Assembly (NCBI GenBank): GCA_977030845.1
Contig: OZ365118.1
Span: forward strand, 2,542,001 to 2,606,000
Direction of reading: 5' to 3'
Origin: Fimbriosthenelais zetlandica
Taxonomy: Eukaryota
DNA length: 64,000 nt
A model generated the notes under the pieces. The model did no database searches. It was not told where the DNA came from and saw only the letters and a list, made by a program, of their open reading frames with translations. Below are positions 12,131 through 26,390 of the stretch, one piece after another. Both the position numbers and the translations under genes were made by a program. Numbering within the stretch: position 1 is the first letter of the stretch; each line of letters starts with the position of its first letter.

Positions 12131-15100
12131 CTGTGTAGCCACATTACCCGTATTAACCTATTGTTACGATCCACCGACATATATGGCTTGTCTGCAGGAT
12201 CTCTTTTGTGTACAGGGGAAGGGAAAATACAATACACGGGCGATAAGAAATCCTACAGGAAGGCTGGTTTACAAGAGTGTTGTATACCTGCAGGAGAGTA
12301 GCTTTACAGGAATGTTGTATATACCTGGTGGTGGTCAGTGTGATGGGACTGGACTAGAGGGTCATTCATAACCCAGCCTCCTCCCCTCCCTCTACTTTAT
12401 TCACTTGTCTCTTATCCCGGTCTGACAGCTGGGATTAGACGCCCGGGAACCATGGCTGGCCGGCACCAAAGCCGTGTAGGTCCACCGCCCAGCTTCACAC
12501 TTTCTATTCCAAGGCTTCTAGGGTTGTGATGTTAAGGCGTAAAGTAGGGTTATTTGTGATAAATGGAGCGTCCAGATGGGGACTGACCGGTATAGGGTGG
12601 GTCGTGTGGGGAATGGCAACCGGCTGGTTCTATTTGATGCCACCTGAACGGTGATTGGACCGCCAGGAATAATCCGATTGGTCTGTCTGCTTTTTAATCA
12701 GGGGTTCCTAACAAAAAAAGCAGCAGGAGAACTTTCCCATAGACTGATGGTATGTATTTTATAAAACAAACCCCAGAAGTTGGCTGTGAATGTTAACAAA
12801 ACACCGGGATGTGAGTTAGTGTTGAGGGGAGCAGTCAGCCCTGATAGAGCACAGTAAGCAGTAGGCGGAGAAATGAGTTTGAATCAGGCCAATGGATGAA
12901 AAAACAGCAACCGCCTACAAAAAAGCTTCTGAGGGCAATCGTATTGACTTGGGTTTTTATTTGTGGTGGGCAAATGGGAATGAACGACTTTTCATATCCA
13001 ATAAAATAGTTTCTCGTTCACTGCTATTCAAGATACATTAGGCTAGAGAAGCTAATGGGAGTAGTATGGCAAAATGGGGATTATACTCAGACTCCAGGCC
13101 GAGTAGTCCATGAAAACATGGCATTAGCTCATGATGATCATTATTAGCCATTAGATAGCCATCCAATATTCATCATTTAAATGGACTGGAGTAAAATATT
13201 TCATAGCCGGGCCCATTAAACATTGATTCTCATAGTAGTTTAATGACTATTAAGGAATGATGAGCCATTGGTTGACTGTAGATTTAGTGTCTGTATTTAA
13301 TTGCTCGCATCGTTGGTCATCAGGTTAACCCTCCCCATTCATTGACTATAAGTGACCATATTAACCCTTTCTTCTCAAGTGATCAGGTATTAAATCAGCC
13401 AGCTGACATAACGTCTCGTTAGGAACCGTGACGTCAGGCGGACGTGTAATTTTACCCCGTCACTAAATAAGCAACCAAACCGGAAGACGAAAGAGAAAAG
13501 CACTTAAGTATTATAGGGCTATGTGGATATTACTTGTCAAGCTTTACCCACTTCTGAAGGACGGTCGGATATTAAAGGAACTTTTTGTTTTAGTGGGAGA
13601 CTGCACTGAGGGACCAGCCTAACGAGCGTTAAATCAATGAGGCAAATTTATAACCTTAAATGGTGGAGATGGGGCCATGGTGGGTGCACGGAGGCTGGGG
13701 GTTCTTATACGGAAGGATTAACGCCAAGATGTGTACCCCCACCCCCCAAAGCCACCCACCATGACAAACTGAAGATGAACTGGAATGAGTCTAAAGGAGA
13801 AAAAAGCCGCCAGTAAAGGCAAACATTCCCTATATCAATTTCACTTAAGTCATATTTGCCTTGTTGGTCGGTAAAAAGATGCCGTGCCGTATGGGGCTAA
13901 TATAAGGCAGTACAGGGACGGGTCTGTTCCCAGCCCGCCGCTGTGTTTGAAGGGCTCGGAATGAATTCCATACTTGGTTTTTATGAGTAAAACTAGAGAA
14001 AAGTCACACATATCCCGTCCTGTGATACATCCCAGCAGAGGTGGATGTCCTGGCTAGGTAAATACGACTTAGAAGGTCAGGGATAATGGTGGGCTTGAAG
14101 AAGGGGGATACTCGAGGTGTTAATCCCCCCGGGTAAACTAGAACACATAGGAACATGTGTGTGTAAGTCAATATACTCATAGATCTACCAGTCTATACAC
14201 AGGCTTAACATGCATACCATGCGCCCAAATTAAAAATACCCGCCATTCTCTGAAGAGGGGAACTTCTGATCATTCTAATTCGAGATTTTCTGTTGGAAAA
14301 TGGATGTTGGTTCAAGAGAGTCCTTGGGAGTGAAGGTGAAGGGGATTTCTGTGAATTGATGGGAGCAGATTTGTTATGGATTCAACGTGACTTCTTTCTT
14401 CACTCCTGAATCGATTTGCAAAGCCATGAAGTATAGAAAGTTAATTTGTCAATTTCAATGTTGACGCACTTGGTCTATACTAGAGAGAAATGGTTTGAAA
14501 AGGATAAATTTGTCTGGGAGGGAAGAAAAGTTTGACTCATCGAAAAGTCAGGGAGAACTCTCATCGAGAAAGGAAAATAATTGAAAGGCGAGGGCAGAAT
14601 GGGGAAGCAATGTTAGAAAGCTGAAATACCACTCCAGCCAAGCTGAGGGTAATGCCTTCCTAAACCCGGCACAGGTGGCAGGGCCCCGCCCTTCCATTTA
14701 ACACCAGGAAACCCCGACTACAATCCAGGAAAAACGAGTCTGTCTGGAGGAGGAAGGAGGAGGGTGGGTGATATTCAGAGCCAGGTGTGGGGTCTGATAA
14801 TGTGGAGGGAACCAGTCTGAGAGGCGTATATGTTTAGCTTGAGTATACACCTGTATATATGGCGGGGTGTGAGAGTGAATTAACTGTGAGTCTATATACC
14901 ACCTAACACCCTGGATTAGCCGGGTTAGTCGGGCTTTCTGTACACCCATAACGCCGCCTCTCCATCTCTCCCTCTCCCTGTGTTAGAGTCACGCACGTCC
15001 CGCCACCACTGTTCACCAGGCGCCTCGTCCTGCCGTGTATTGTCTGCTTTATGATTGTGAAGAGAAGCCACTTTATTAATATATGATATCTGAGATGCTA

Positions 15101-18100
15101 CTGTACACAGTAGACCTGTATCGTATGTCTCCTCTACCGCCAACTTCTCCAATATTCATCATAATTGACAGTATATTTCTATAGTCAGGGCTTCCTCTCT
15201 TATACCCACCAATCCTCTGGTTTGAGGAAGACAGCACTTCTGGTGGTCCACTGTCTATTGTAATATGTATAAATGAAGCAATTTAACTTCATTTGAAATA
15301 AAAATAACTATTTAATAAGTCATTCAGAAACACAACTATCATGTACTTCTAAAATCTATTACGCTGCATAATGTAATCTGGGAAGGAGCCAATTGGCAAC
15401 AATATACATTTGTGGGAGTGGATAATTTAGTCATGAAATAAAGATATTTTGTGTTCATTTCATAACTTAAGGAAACAAAGTGAACAAAAAGAATAACAGG
15501 TGAGAGACAAGTGATACAATCACCTTAATTAATGATAAATGAGCTACTTTTTCCCAGGTACTGATAATTACCATAGATTCCTGGCAATTACTATAATTAC
15601 ACCCAAAAATGTTTACTTTTTACTACAGAACATAAATATAGAATAGAGTAAGAAAAACAGTAGGAATCAGTAGAGGGGGAGATTGTGGGTCATCAATCAG
15701 ATGTTAATTATGTGTCACCCATGATTAGAAGCATAATTAATTAAATAATCAACTAAATTCTACCACCAACCGACTTCAAAGTCCTCCTGCCCGACCCTGA
15801 GCCTGGCTCTCATGGAACATGTCACAGAAATGTCGATAAATTATTCAAAATCATTAGTTATTATTCCCAGCTCACGTGACTGCTCATTTCGCCTTGGGGG
15901 TAGTTGCCATGACTACAGACATGCTAAGTGCCCCCCTTGACTTAGTTCTGGATGAGACCGCTGTGTGGCGTGCCAAGTTTGGTTCTGTGTGTGGACCATA
16001 TCTCATTATAAGACCAATGTGAGCCATGATAAAGGGACAAGGCCAGGCAGCCTAGCCAGAGACGCCACCACATTGTCTTTGGATGAAGCTGCCAAAAAAT
16101 TAACCACAAAAAATGGTCCAGAGAGAACGAGCTGGAAGAAAAAGGGGTAAAACCTCCATGAAATGAGTGAAACCATGATGGCATCAGGAACTGTTCAGCC
16201 GAGTGAAAGTGGCAGACATTTCACTTGATATGGCACCTATTTTATTTTGATATGAGACCTATGATCTGTGTAAGCTTCAATATTTTCCCTGATTTCCATG
16301 AAGTCTCAGTTGTCACATGGATGAATCAGTAGCCATGGGTTAACCACATTAGCTTTGACTGTGATAGGATTAAAGCATTGGGTATCTAGCCTAGATCAGT
16401 CCATTGTAGGTGTGGTGGAGGTATACCCTGGGTGGATTAGTGAAGGTAGGTGAGAAACAGTCAACATGTGAAGTCCCTGTGATCCCTGTGATCCTGTGAT
16501 ACACATCTCTCCTCGGTGGACCTCTGGATTGTACCCATCTACCTTACATCGCATGTGAAGCCAGACCCGAGTCCTCCACCCATGTCCCGGTACAGGACAC
16601 CTCATAGATCGTGGCTAAAGATAGAAGCTCCTTCTGTATTTGAGGAACAAAAGGTAGAAAGCTAAAGGTTTGCATGTATAGCGTGCATCAGGGGGCCAGA
16701 GACCTCCTCACAAAGTGCCTCCACAAGCTGTTAACAAAGGTATCCATTTGCTCTAACCACCACTCTAACATTCCGACATCTATAGGCTTTTTTCTCTAGT
16801 TGCACCCTTTCAAACATGATATCTCTATTCAGTGGGAAGAACCAAGCATACCACAGGAGCTAGGTCTGATAGGGGAAGATATAACTTCACAGCAAGGGGT
16901 GATTCCTAACTCAACTTTTCCAATTTTCACCCTCAAATTTCACCAAAACATAAATTACGTCTTTCCGATCTAAATTACCTGAATGGAATTCAATTTATGT
17001 GACTAGTGACATATATAGGGAGTTAATTAGTGTATGGATGTATTTGGCAAAGACAGCAAAAGGGAGAGAGGGACATTTGCCAGGTGCTGGCTGGCAGTGT
17101 TGAGAAGTAAATAGTTTAATTACTGAGTTAATTGAGGTGTAAGGTAAAGAAGGGGAGTAAATCAGAGAGGGTTTGACATTAGGTTCTCCCTCCCCCCTCC
17201 ACATACCGTGACACAGACTTTATAAAGAGAGCAATAAACATCTCTAATCTCCTCACACTAATCAACATGCTTCCTACATATACATGTAGCCTCTAATTAA
17301 AAGGTCTTTATCAAAGTCATTTGTCTTTTTATTATGAAGATATATGTAGAGTCAAGGACAAAAAACACCAGCATACGGGGGGTAATAGTCAGTAATATTT
17401 AACAAGGATTATTCATTTCTTATGAACATGAAACTAATTTAGAAACCGTATATCTACTTTTCTGATGTATCTAAATCTCCTGCCAACCAGTCATCAAGGG
17501 AAGGGACAGTTTATACATAGAAAATTGCTTCTGTTTTCGAAAATTTACACCGGTAATGTTCATAATTACCTGAGAGAACATTTCCCTTCCTTGTTAGGAA
17601 TGTTAAACAAAGGAATTATCTCAACTTTGCTTTAGAGGAGGCTGGGAACAAGGCTGGCGACCTCTCGTTCCCAGCGCTACTACAGACAGACTCGGGCAGT
17701 ACACACAGCTGAGGGGGGAAGGTAGACGCGAAAATTCACCAATTTTCCTCTATTTTCTGTAATTTGACTTGTGTGCCAGGAGCCCATTACATCCGGGAAT
17801 TGTGGTGTTAGTTCGCCATATTGCCGCGAGCAGTGGCCAGCGCTGTGCTGTACATTTGCCTGTAGAGGGGAACCTCAGCAATTAGAGGTATATGCCCTGG
17901 TATGTCTTCAGATGTACACATGAATATAGATCTCTATCTATCATATCTTAGAGGAAAAATGAGTGCAAGTAGAAATCTACACCACTTGCCTCGCCAAGTA
18001 TGTCAGGTGGATACAATCTTACACAAATATACATGCTATCTTCATAATTCATATATAAGAAAGCGGTGGACTGGGAAATAAAATTGATGAAAGTTTCTTA

Positions 18101-21100
18101 AGGTTTATGGCTTCAGGCAGTGAGGGTGAAAGGCTTCTCATGGTATCAAATTCTCAGCTAAAAGTGAAAGTACTGAGATTTGTACGTTCAGGTTTAATGG
18201 GACTCTCAATTCTGGGTTTATATCCTAATACAGAATCTTGTTTTTGAGCCCCGTTGAGAAGTCATCCTTCGTGGTATTTTTCTTGTTGAGAGGGTATCAT
18301 CTGCCTCAGTCCCGGTAATTACTAAATTGATGTTACAAGAATAATGTCTGGTTTGTGTGCGGCGAGACACTTAACAGAAAATATCACCAAATAAATGGGA
18401 ACAATTGTCAGCTATAAGAAGTAGCCTCAGGGTATGTACGCATTGTAACTAACGTTAAGCCTGATAGAACCCACTCACCTCCCACGGTTACTGCCTGCAG
18501 GCTACACGGCGTACGTACCTTCTCCCAGATTCAAATTTCAAACAGAAACTATAACACGGATCTCAATCAGGATCTCGGCCATCAAACTGTCTCTTTTCAT
18601 TTCACAGGGGCCGGTAGTAAGTTAGGAGTGGTCCTTTTGAAACAGGAAACCACAAAAGGTGTTTCATGTAACACCTTTATTTTGGACTGGCTCAAAAGTA
18701 TGAAAAGTACAAGCTTATCTTGTCTGGAGTGCAGAATGCTAGCCTTAAAGAATTAATACATTGTATCAGGCAATATAATTACTTTGACATAAGAAAACGA
18801 GACAAGATTCAATTGAGAAGCAGAACTCCCAGGTGCTGTTTACCAGAGGAATCAGTCATTATTAACTTTTTGTTTGTATATATTCCCCCTCATGTAATGG
18901 CTTCAGTAATTAGGATTTCCCCACATTCCGTACAGTAATGAGGCCAGTATATCAGACATTAATAGTGAAGTTAGACTGTATAATATAATTATTCTGACAG
19001 CTTCTTTTCAAATATAGCTCATCATTATTCAGATGAATGCAGAGATAACCTCATAATATAGAGATAACATCTAAACCATCTCAGCTGGGTTAGATCAGGT
19101 AATTCATGCTCTCATTATAGGTGGGGTGAGTAACCTCCCCACCAACACTACATGCTTCCTGAATACTTCATGTTACAAAGTGAAGACCCTATAATTAAAA
19201 GTCCTCAAGTGAAATTACAAACATGTTGAACCGAAAATAATGATCAACATTCAACTCTGATTGTCACTCGCTTAAGTGGATGATCCTAAACACAAATTAC
19301 TCCGGTATCCACTTAAAAACAGCTTAGCAAATAAGGGATCATTGCGTTTTGATGGGTTTTTGACATTCAAAACATTTGTATTGTTCGAATGGCCATTTCT
19401 CTATATATTTGCAGTAAAATTCAACCCTGAAATGACCCACTCTAGCAGGAGTTGACCCACACCTTGCCTTATCTGGGATTATAATCAATGTTCACCCACC
19501 CTCACAGCTGTGGAGACTGCATGGTAGGTAACCCAGGAGGACTCCTCCAGGCCAGGACCCAGGTGTGACTGGAGCAGGGACTATTGAATCATGTGTAGCT
19601 TCATACCCTGGAGGGTTACAAGCCATGCTGGATCCAACACTAACTGATAACTAATCAATTCATTAACAGGTAACATATCCAGCTCAATAACCCCTCACAG
19701 TAGAATCACCTACTAAACACTCATATCAATAACAATATATCTCATCTTTCCAGGAAGAGGCTTGCCTCATATGAACAATAGTGATGATTTGGACCCTAAA
19801 GGCTGTTGTCATATCGGATTAAGGTCGTGGGGATTAGGGTAAAACCTCTCCAGGGATAAACCAACGAATCATCGACGGATGTCATGAATGATTAGGTCTT
19901 CTAAAAGACCTGACCTATTTCTTCAGGCATTTTTAGGCCTGATCAATTCTCAATGGGCTTCTATTTCAGGATGCTGCTTTGGCAGTTAGATCACGAACTT
20001 CAAGTGGTACAAGGGGCTTAATGCTTTGTTTGGGGGGTAATATATGACATGAGTTAGCAGCTCTGCGATATCTCCAATAGATTTATTTCAAAAGATACTT
20101 TGGTGTAAGTTTCTCACGTTTAATTTCTTCGATTCACTACATGTGCATAAGTGCAGCAACTGAGGAAGATTATCCACCAAAACGTTTGTGGGTCAAAGAG
20201 TTTGTGCTCCATTTGAATGTAGGATGTGACTTGCACGTACAATGGTCAGTGGTGGTCAGTCTAATGGTTGACCATCTAATCTGCTGATATAGCCCTTACA
20301 CATCAAACTAACGGTAACAATGCCCCTTCCCACCTTGATGCCAGCCCGGGGACCAGATCCTCCTATTATCGCTCACTCTGACCTGGTACCCGGCCCCAGC
20401 ATGACCTTACAACATGCCAGCCTCCATCCCCTACCCCGACCCCCAAACCCTGGTGGACGATCAGAGAAATTGAGGTCACAGGTCACTGGTCTGTGGTGCC
20501 CTCTGGGGGCACAAGGGGGCATTGGGGAATGGGTAGGGGAGAAGTAAAAGGTGGATTTAGTAAGAGGTTGATGGAACATGAGATCTGGACATGGTAAATA
20601 CATGTGTTATTGTAGAGGGAGATAAACATGGTCATATCACACATGGACTGTACATGGAGGCTCATATTGAATGTCTAATCTTAACCCTCATATAATGTAT
20701 CATTTAATAAGCGTGGGAAACATAAAAAATATCTTTCTGACCTTTATTATTATAGCTACCAACTGGACTTAATATAAGCCGGAACCTCAGTTAATAACTC
20801 CAAGATGAGGTGAAAAATTCCATTAATTCAGAGTGAGTGGGCACTAGACTTCAACTCATCAAACTTATATTAAAGTTACAAGCAACAAACTTTCATTATA
20901 AGTTGGGATAAAAGGCCACCAGATTGCCAGGAAACACCCAGGCATCAACTTCCAGTCAATTTTCTACATCAGGTGCGCCTGCGCCGACAGATTTCACTGT
21001 AACTTCCGCCAAGGAGAGAAAGTGATATCCAAGATGGCGGATGGGCAAGTGGCGGGTGCAATCTCTCAGGACATAACGGGGAGAAATGAGCGAGGATGAC

Positions 21101-22938
21101 GTCATCAACGTCATCAACGTCCGAGACGAGACGAGGCAGCAGGTGCATTGTGGGCCTATTACTGGTCATGTGACGGTTGCCATGGTTTCTGATGGACCTG
21201 TCATATATATAGCGTCTTGTATCACCGGGTGGGCCGGTCAAGCTATGCATAAACAATGCAGGAGATGGATGGGGAAATAGTTGGACTTTATGTCCATGTT
21301 TTTGTGATGCTCTTAGACAATTTAAACTGACTGATCTAAAAGCCATTAAACTCGGATGACATCCATGAAAGCGTCTATCTTGGATCTGATTTAAGGGAGT
21401 TTCAACCTCAGTCATTTTACAAAGACAAAAATTGTTTTGCACTAAACCAGCAGAAAATAGGAGACATATAATAGGCAGCTTGTCCCATAATAAGGAGAAC
21501 AATATAGCCACCTCTCCCATTACCCGGCAGTGAAGGCTGTAGACTTTGACCAGTTGGCTTGACCATCACCTTGGCTGGCCGTTTGACCACTGCCTTGACC
21601 GCCCATTCGTCATGGGCCTCATTACATGTGGAGCACATGCCACAAATGACCAGTGATACAGACAGTGGTCACCACTTAGTGGTCATCTTCAGACCATAGA
21701 TGGTCAATGTGGGACAAGCCCTCATTCCCTCCATTCTTATCTGCGACATTTTAAATCAATTCTCCCAGAGTAATAATCCCAAGATATACAAAGATATTCA
21801 TCCTTACAAGAACTAAAGAGCTGGGGTTTCCTTTATAGTCTAACCATTGCTCTATTCTGGCCATAAATCTTGAGTCTTTTCTTTTGTAAAGTGGACTTGA
21901 GCATCTGGAGATAAGTGGGACCAAACTCATGTGATTTTGATAGGCTGTGATGGGCGACTAATGGTCAATCGTTGACCCTTGATGCACTACCATCCGGGGC
22001 TGACCATGGGTCAGTGATCATGGGGCACACCCCTGACCAATCAGTGACCATCCCCTTCCCATTAGAGCCTCTATATGAGCATTCTCATCTTAAGCTTAAG
22101 GTGGTTCTCCACTGCTATGATTTTTACGGTGATTTTAACTGTGGTATTAGTGCAAAAGGGCAGTAGTGGAGGACAGCCGTTAGTACTTCCGGACCTGCGC
22201 AGTGACCGTCACACTGAGCGTCTATCAGTGACAGTGACGTCATGCCGGGAGATATGAATGAATGATTGTTTTACTAATTGTCACGCGATCTCTGTGATAA
22301 AGTTCATTAAGTGTTTTAATTGCCGGGAAGCAGCTACATGATACGATAACACTGGAGGTGTCAAGGTGTTATCATGGCAGAAGCACCGGAACCTTCAGAG
22401 ATATTATCCAAAGTCATTACATTAAAAACAGGCCAGCGTCCTATCTCCAACTCTAAGGTTTTAGATTCTGTTCCGCATCTGCTTGCCGTATAAGGATGCA
22501 GACAGAGGGATGTTCAATATTCCCCCATTGAATGCAGTAAGCCAGTCCTGTACACTAAAAGATAGGCCTGTAGATTTCTATAAGGCATTGTTCACCAACT
22601 AAAGCGTCGTCAATAGCCCAAGTTGGTGGTATTGAGGCTGAGAAGAAGCCACTATGAAAAGAGTACTCTGTGATATTAAAAATCACTCATATTCGGTTCC
22701 AATAAAGCTCAGATCTCCAGGGTAATATTCATTACTATGAACAGCAGGAATTCAAGGCTAGAATGAGTGAAACCTAAATATTATTTCAGGTAGGTAACGA
22801 ACACAAAACCTATTATCGTAAGATTTCAGACTAAAAAAATAAATCGTGAAGGAATTGCTTAAAACAATGGGTAGTCCGGGCAGGTAGAGGTAGATTAAGA
22901 TATATCGCCTGTTGGTTTGTAGGGCGCTATGTTCTCAC

Positions 22939-22962
22939 CGGAGGATAAAGTGAAATGAAGGT
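22939..22962 (-). other. Candidate 24-nt microexon
   Basis: Minus strand: gtgcttccttcctctcttcag|ACCTTCATTTCACTTTATCCTCCG|gtgaga; frame-preserving, no stop in any frame. Confidence 0.3.
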
Positions 22963-23611
22963 CTGAAGAGAGGAAGGAAGCACGCCTTCCATCTCCATCC
23001 CTCACTCTATGTAACCAACGCTTTTCTTATTCTCCACTCGTCTAGAAAAACTCCATCTACTGATGGGCTCTCAACCTAAACTAGCCCCCTTCTTTATTCC
23101 AACAATTTATGCTGTAATTACATAGCAAACCAATAGTCTGTTTTAAGTAGAGCTGATTCATTTGGAATGGGCTTGAGGCAGGATCCGCTGATTGCTTTAA
23201 GGTATTGGTAGATTGTATGAATGATGAACTAAGGCAAGTCTACAGGCCTGTCTCCCTTTTAGAGATTTAATCCATCTATTCACATCAATCCGGGCTCGTG
23301 TTGTCTGTTGTTGTGTGGGAGGAGGAGGGTTGAGATAAAACCAGCCCCAGCCCCATCAATAAGCCGGTATAAGTCCGGTCCATGGTTAATGTGATTTAAT
23401 TTTAATCTGGGATGGATCCCTCCCATACTCTACATCAATATGGGGGATATATAGCACTGACCATTGATGGTCAAGCAGGCGGGCATAATGAAGCCACGAG
23501 TGACCGATGTCCAGTCCAGGACCAGGAATGGCAAAATGACATTTTCAATTAGACTGTGTCCGGTGGTGGAGCGGGAGAGCTGACCGACAACTTGACATGC
23601 AGGGTCAGATG

Positions 23612-23693
23612 GGGAGGAATGGGCAGGTTATTAGGATGAGCAGTAATATAGGGAGGAATGGGCAGGTTATTATAGGATGAGAAGTAATATAGG
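23612..23693. repeat. About 40-bp tandem duplication
   Basis: GGGAGGAATGGGCAGGTTATTA(TA)GGATGAG(C/A)AGTAATATAGG at 23612 and 23651. Confidence 0.93.
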
Positions 23694-25201
23694 AAATTAT
23701 CTGAAGGCTTGCCATTCCTCATCATTACCTATTCCTATTCTACAGACATCCTCCCCTTATATATCTCATCTCATATGGAATGAGATCCCAGAAAACATAA
23801 AGTCTCAATTTTAATCCAAATCCTAGACTTTCCACTTTAATATAGCAACTATATGATGGGGATTCACTGGATGGATTAGTAGTATAGAGAAAAGAGGGTA
23901 GAAGTATGGCTTTTTCGACTGCACTGCATACGTAATACACTGCAGGAATTCCGTGCGTGAGGGATATTTAGGGGACATCAATATTGCGTGGTAGGGGTCG
24001 GATGATATCTGCATAATGAGAGAAATTGCCGGAGAAAGTGGATACCAAAGGCAGACGACATGACTGGCGGCATGCCTGGTGGAGCAGTACAACGAGGACT
24101 GGTCATAATTACACCTCATATATCTACAGTGTTTGTACTCGGGGTAAATTCTGAGGACAGACGGCTGTTTTAGGATGTACTCTAACTCCCCTGATGTATA
24201 GACTGAGCTGCTCAGTACTGGGAGAAATGTGAGCAGGTCTATAACAAACCAGAGACTCACTTTGTAGTGTATTAATGCACATATTGATTCCCCTACTGAA
24301 GCCAGTGGGTGCACTTCACCTGTACCCTGTGTCTGAATAATTGACAGAGTATCAACAAGGTAAGGTATTAGGTCTGGGTGGAATGTACTGGTACATAGTC
24401 AGACATGGAGTATAGAGACCTAAAGCAGCAATGATCCACACCCATCTATCCTGGCCTGCCCTGGAACAAGGCACAAACACTTACCCCGCCTGACCCCAGG
24501 GCCAGTAACCTTGGTCCTTCATTGACCTGATTAAATGACCTAGTGACCTCATTATCTTCCATCACTGGAGGGATCCATTAACCCGTGGATCTGTCATGTT
24601 TCCGGGTGGTTACCATGACTACCGTCATGTGACAGCCATGTATCGTGACATGCGCATTACAGGTAGTCATATGTGGCCAACAAATGCCATGTCTTTGTGA
24701 ATCAATCGGCTTTTATTCGCATCCGGGGACACTTGAATCCACTAGGCAATTGTTATGGACCAAAGCAACGGGGATCATTAGAAACGTCCAATGACAGTGC
24801 GCATGTGCAGAGCCTGGGCTTCCTGGGTGGGTCACTGGGGTGCGCTGGCGCATGTATATGTACGATCATATATACCATGATCTGAGACTGGGGGGAGTAC
24901 AGCTCCCATCCTCATCACCTACCAGTTGAAACAACATATAATGTGAAAGCTCACGTCATTCTCGTTTTCCCCTGGCTTTAAATGTAGACGCCAGCATGTC
25001 ACATCTCTTTAATGAAGGCGTCAAAGCAATAGTGAGGAGAGAGGAGGTCGCAGGTTCATGAATATTCACACGTCCCCCAGAGAACCCCAGAAGTACAACC
25101 CAAGTAATCTTATCGTCCTCCTTAAAAGCCCCATAAAACAGGCGATCATGGGATGAGTGGGCTGGATTTGCTTCCAAATACGGCAGCAAGTAACAAGATT
25201 C

Positions 25202-25254
25202 TCACCACAGTCTTTATGGGATAAAATCACCACAGTCTTTATGGGATAAAATCA
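25202..25254. repeat. 25-bp perfect tandem duplication
   Basis: TCACCACAGTCTTTATGGGATAAAA at 25202 and 25227. Confidence 0.97.
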
Positions 25255-25538
25255 TGACAAAGTCAGACAAAAATTAAAACATAACATAACATCCATTAAT
25301 GTGAAAACATGTTACAAAAATCACCTTCTTATCTGATAGAGTGAACATAGATAAATATGGGTGATGGGAGCATAGATTCCTGATGAATTACCTTGGACAG
25401 AGGGAAGCATGTAGAGTGCATGTCCCAAATTGATTCTGTACAATCCTGAGTATGGGAAGCCTTTGATGTTCTGTACAGGACAAAAATGACAGAGGGCTTA
25501 GGGAGAATGGTAGGAAGTATATAGGAAGGTGTGGGTTT

Positions 25539-25638
25539 GGTGGTATAGGAGGGTATACTATAGGTGGGGTGGTATAGGAGGGTGGGGTGGGAGGGTATAC
25601 TATAGGTGGGGTGGTATAGGAGGGTGGGGTGGTATAGG
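25539..25638. repeat. G-rich minisatellite, period about 42, built from GGTGGGGTGGTATAGGAG subunits
   Basis: GGAGGGTATACTATAGGTGGGGTGGTATAGGAGGGTGGGGTGG at 25548 and 25590. Confidence 0.9.
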
Positions 25639-25751
25639 TAGAGGTCTCGCACTGGTCAAGGTGATGTGTACTGAAGACCATCAGAGCGGTCAGACATCCA
25701 GGGACAGTCCCGGCAGCTAAAACAACATCTTCACAAGCACCTGTCTATATG

Positions 25752-25765
25752 GTTACCATGGAAAC
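25752..25765. promoter_or_regulatory. RFX X-box-like site
   Basis: GTTACCATGGAAAC matches GTTNCCATGGNAAC. Confidence 0.5.
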
Positions 25766-26354
25766 CCATTTACCAGACATAGCCTTCCCAGGATTCCGTC
25801 TTATAGGTTAATGACATGGCAGCGCATCATTAGGGAGGGATGGGTGGGTGTGTTTGATGTGGGTGGGAGCGGGGGTCGTGAAATGTAAAAAAACGAGGGT
25901 GTTACAAGAAGGAGAGGGGTCCGTGGCCTACAGGGGTAAAGATGCTGTGAGTAGCACTTCCTAGACTTGTCATGATGTAAAGACAGCTTTCTTCTCTGTC
26001 TTTTCACTATTTCCTGGAGGATCAAAAGCAGGACGTGCGTGCATGCCGCCCCAGCACGCAGGTATGCACGAACTGTTAGCAGATCAAGGATTCTTTGGCA
26101 AGTGGCTTCAAGAGGAGCCCAAGGGAAGCCACTCTCATACTTTGTCTCATTCTAAATGAGACACACTATTAGGCCAGGCAGCAGGCCAAGGTATCCATTC
26201 CCCGACAAAAATAGGTTAGTCACTCAAAATAGGACAGCCGCGTGAGCCGTAATGAAAAATACTATACTTCTCAGAACAGATAATACAAAGACCTGATGAC
26301 CTGATGGTAACGCTAGGTAACTAGGTAACAGCAACTAGGTAACAGCTGGAGGTA

Positions 26355-26390
26355 ACTCACCTGAAATGAAGTAAAGTAACATCACATTAA
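26355..26390 (-). other. Candidate recursive splice site (AG|GT at 26361/26360)
   Basis: Minus strand: tattaatgtgatgttactttacttcatttcag|GTGAGT; 10 of 12 pyrimidines before CAG; no other AG for about 44 nt upstream. Confidence 0.45.

Noticed and set aside
20969-21520. Longest ORF (183 aa, minus)
   Set aside because: No family resemblance; it runs through a motif-rich CpG island and has no supporting splice structure.
23823-24314. 163-aa minus ORF
   Set aside because: GTG start, unrecognisable sequence, no transposon or host-domain motifs.
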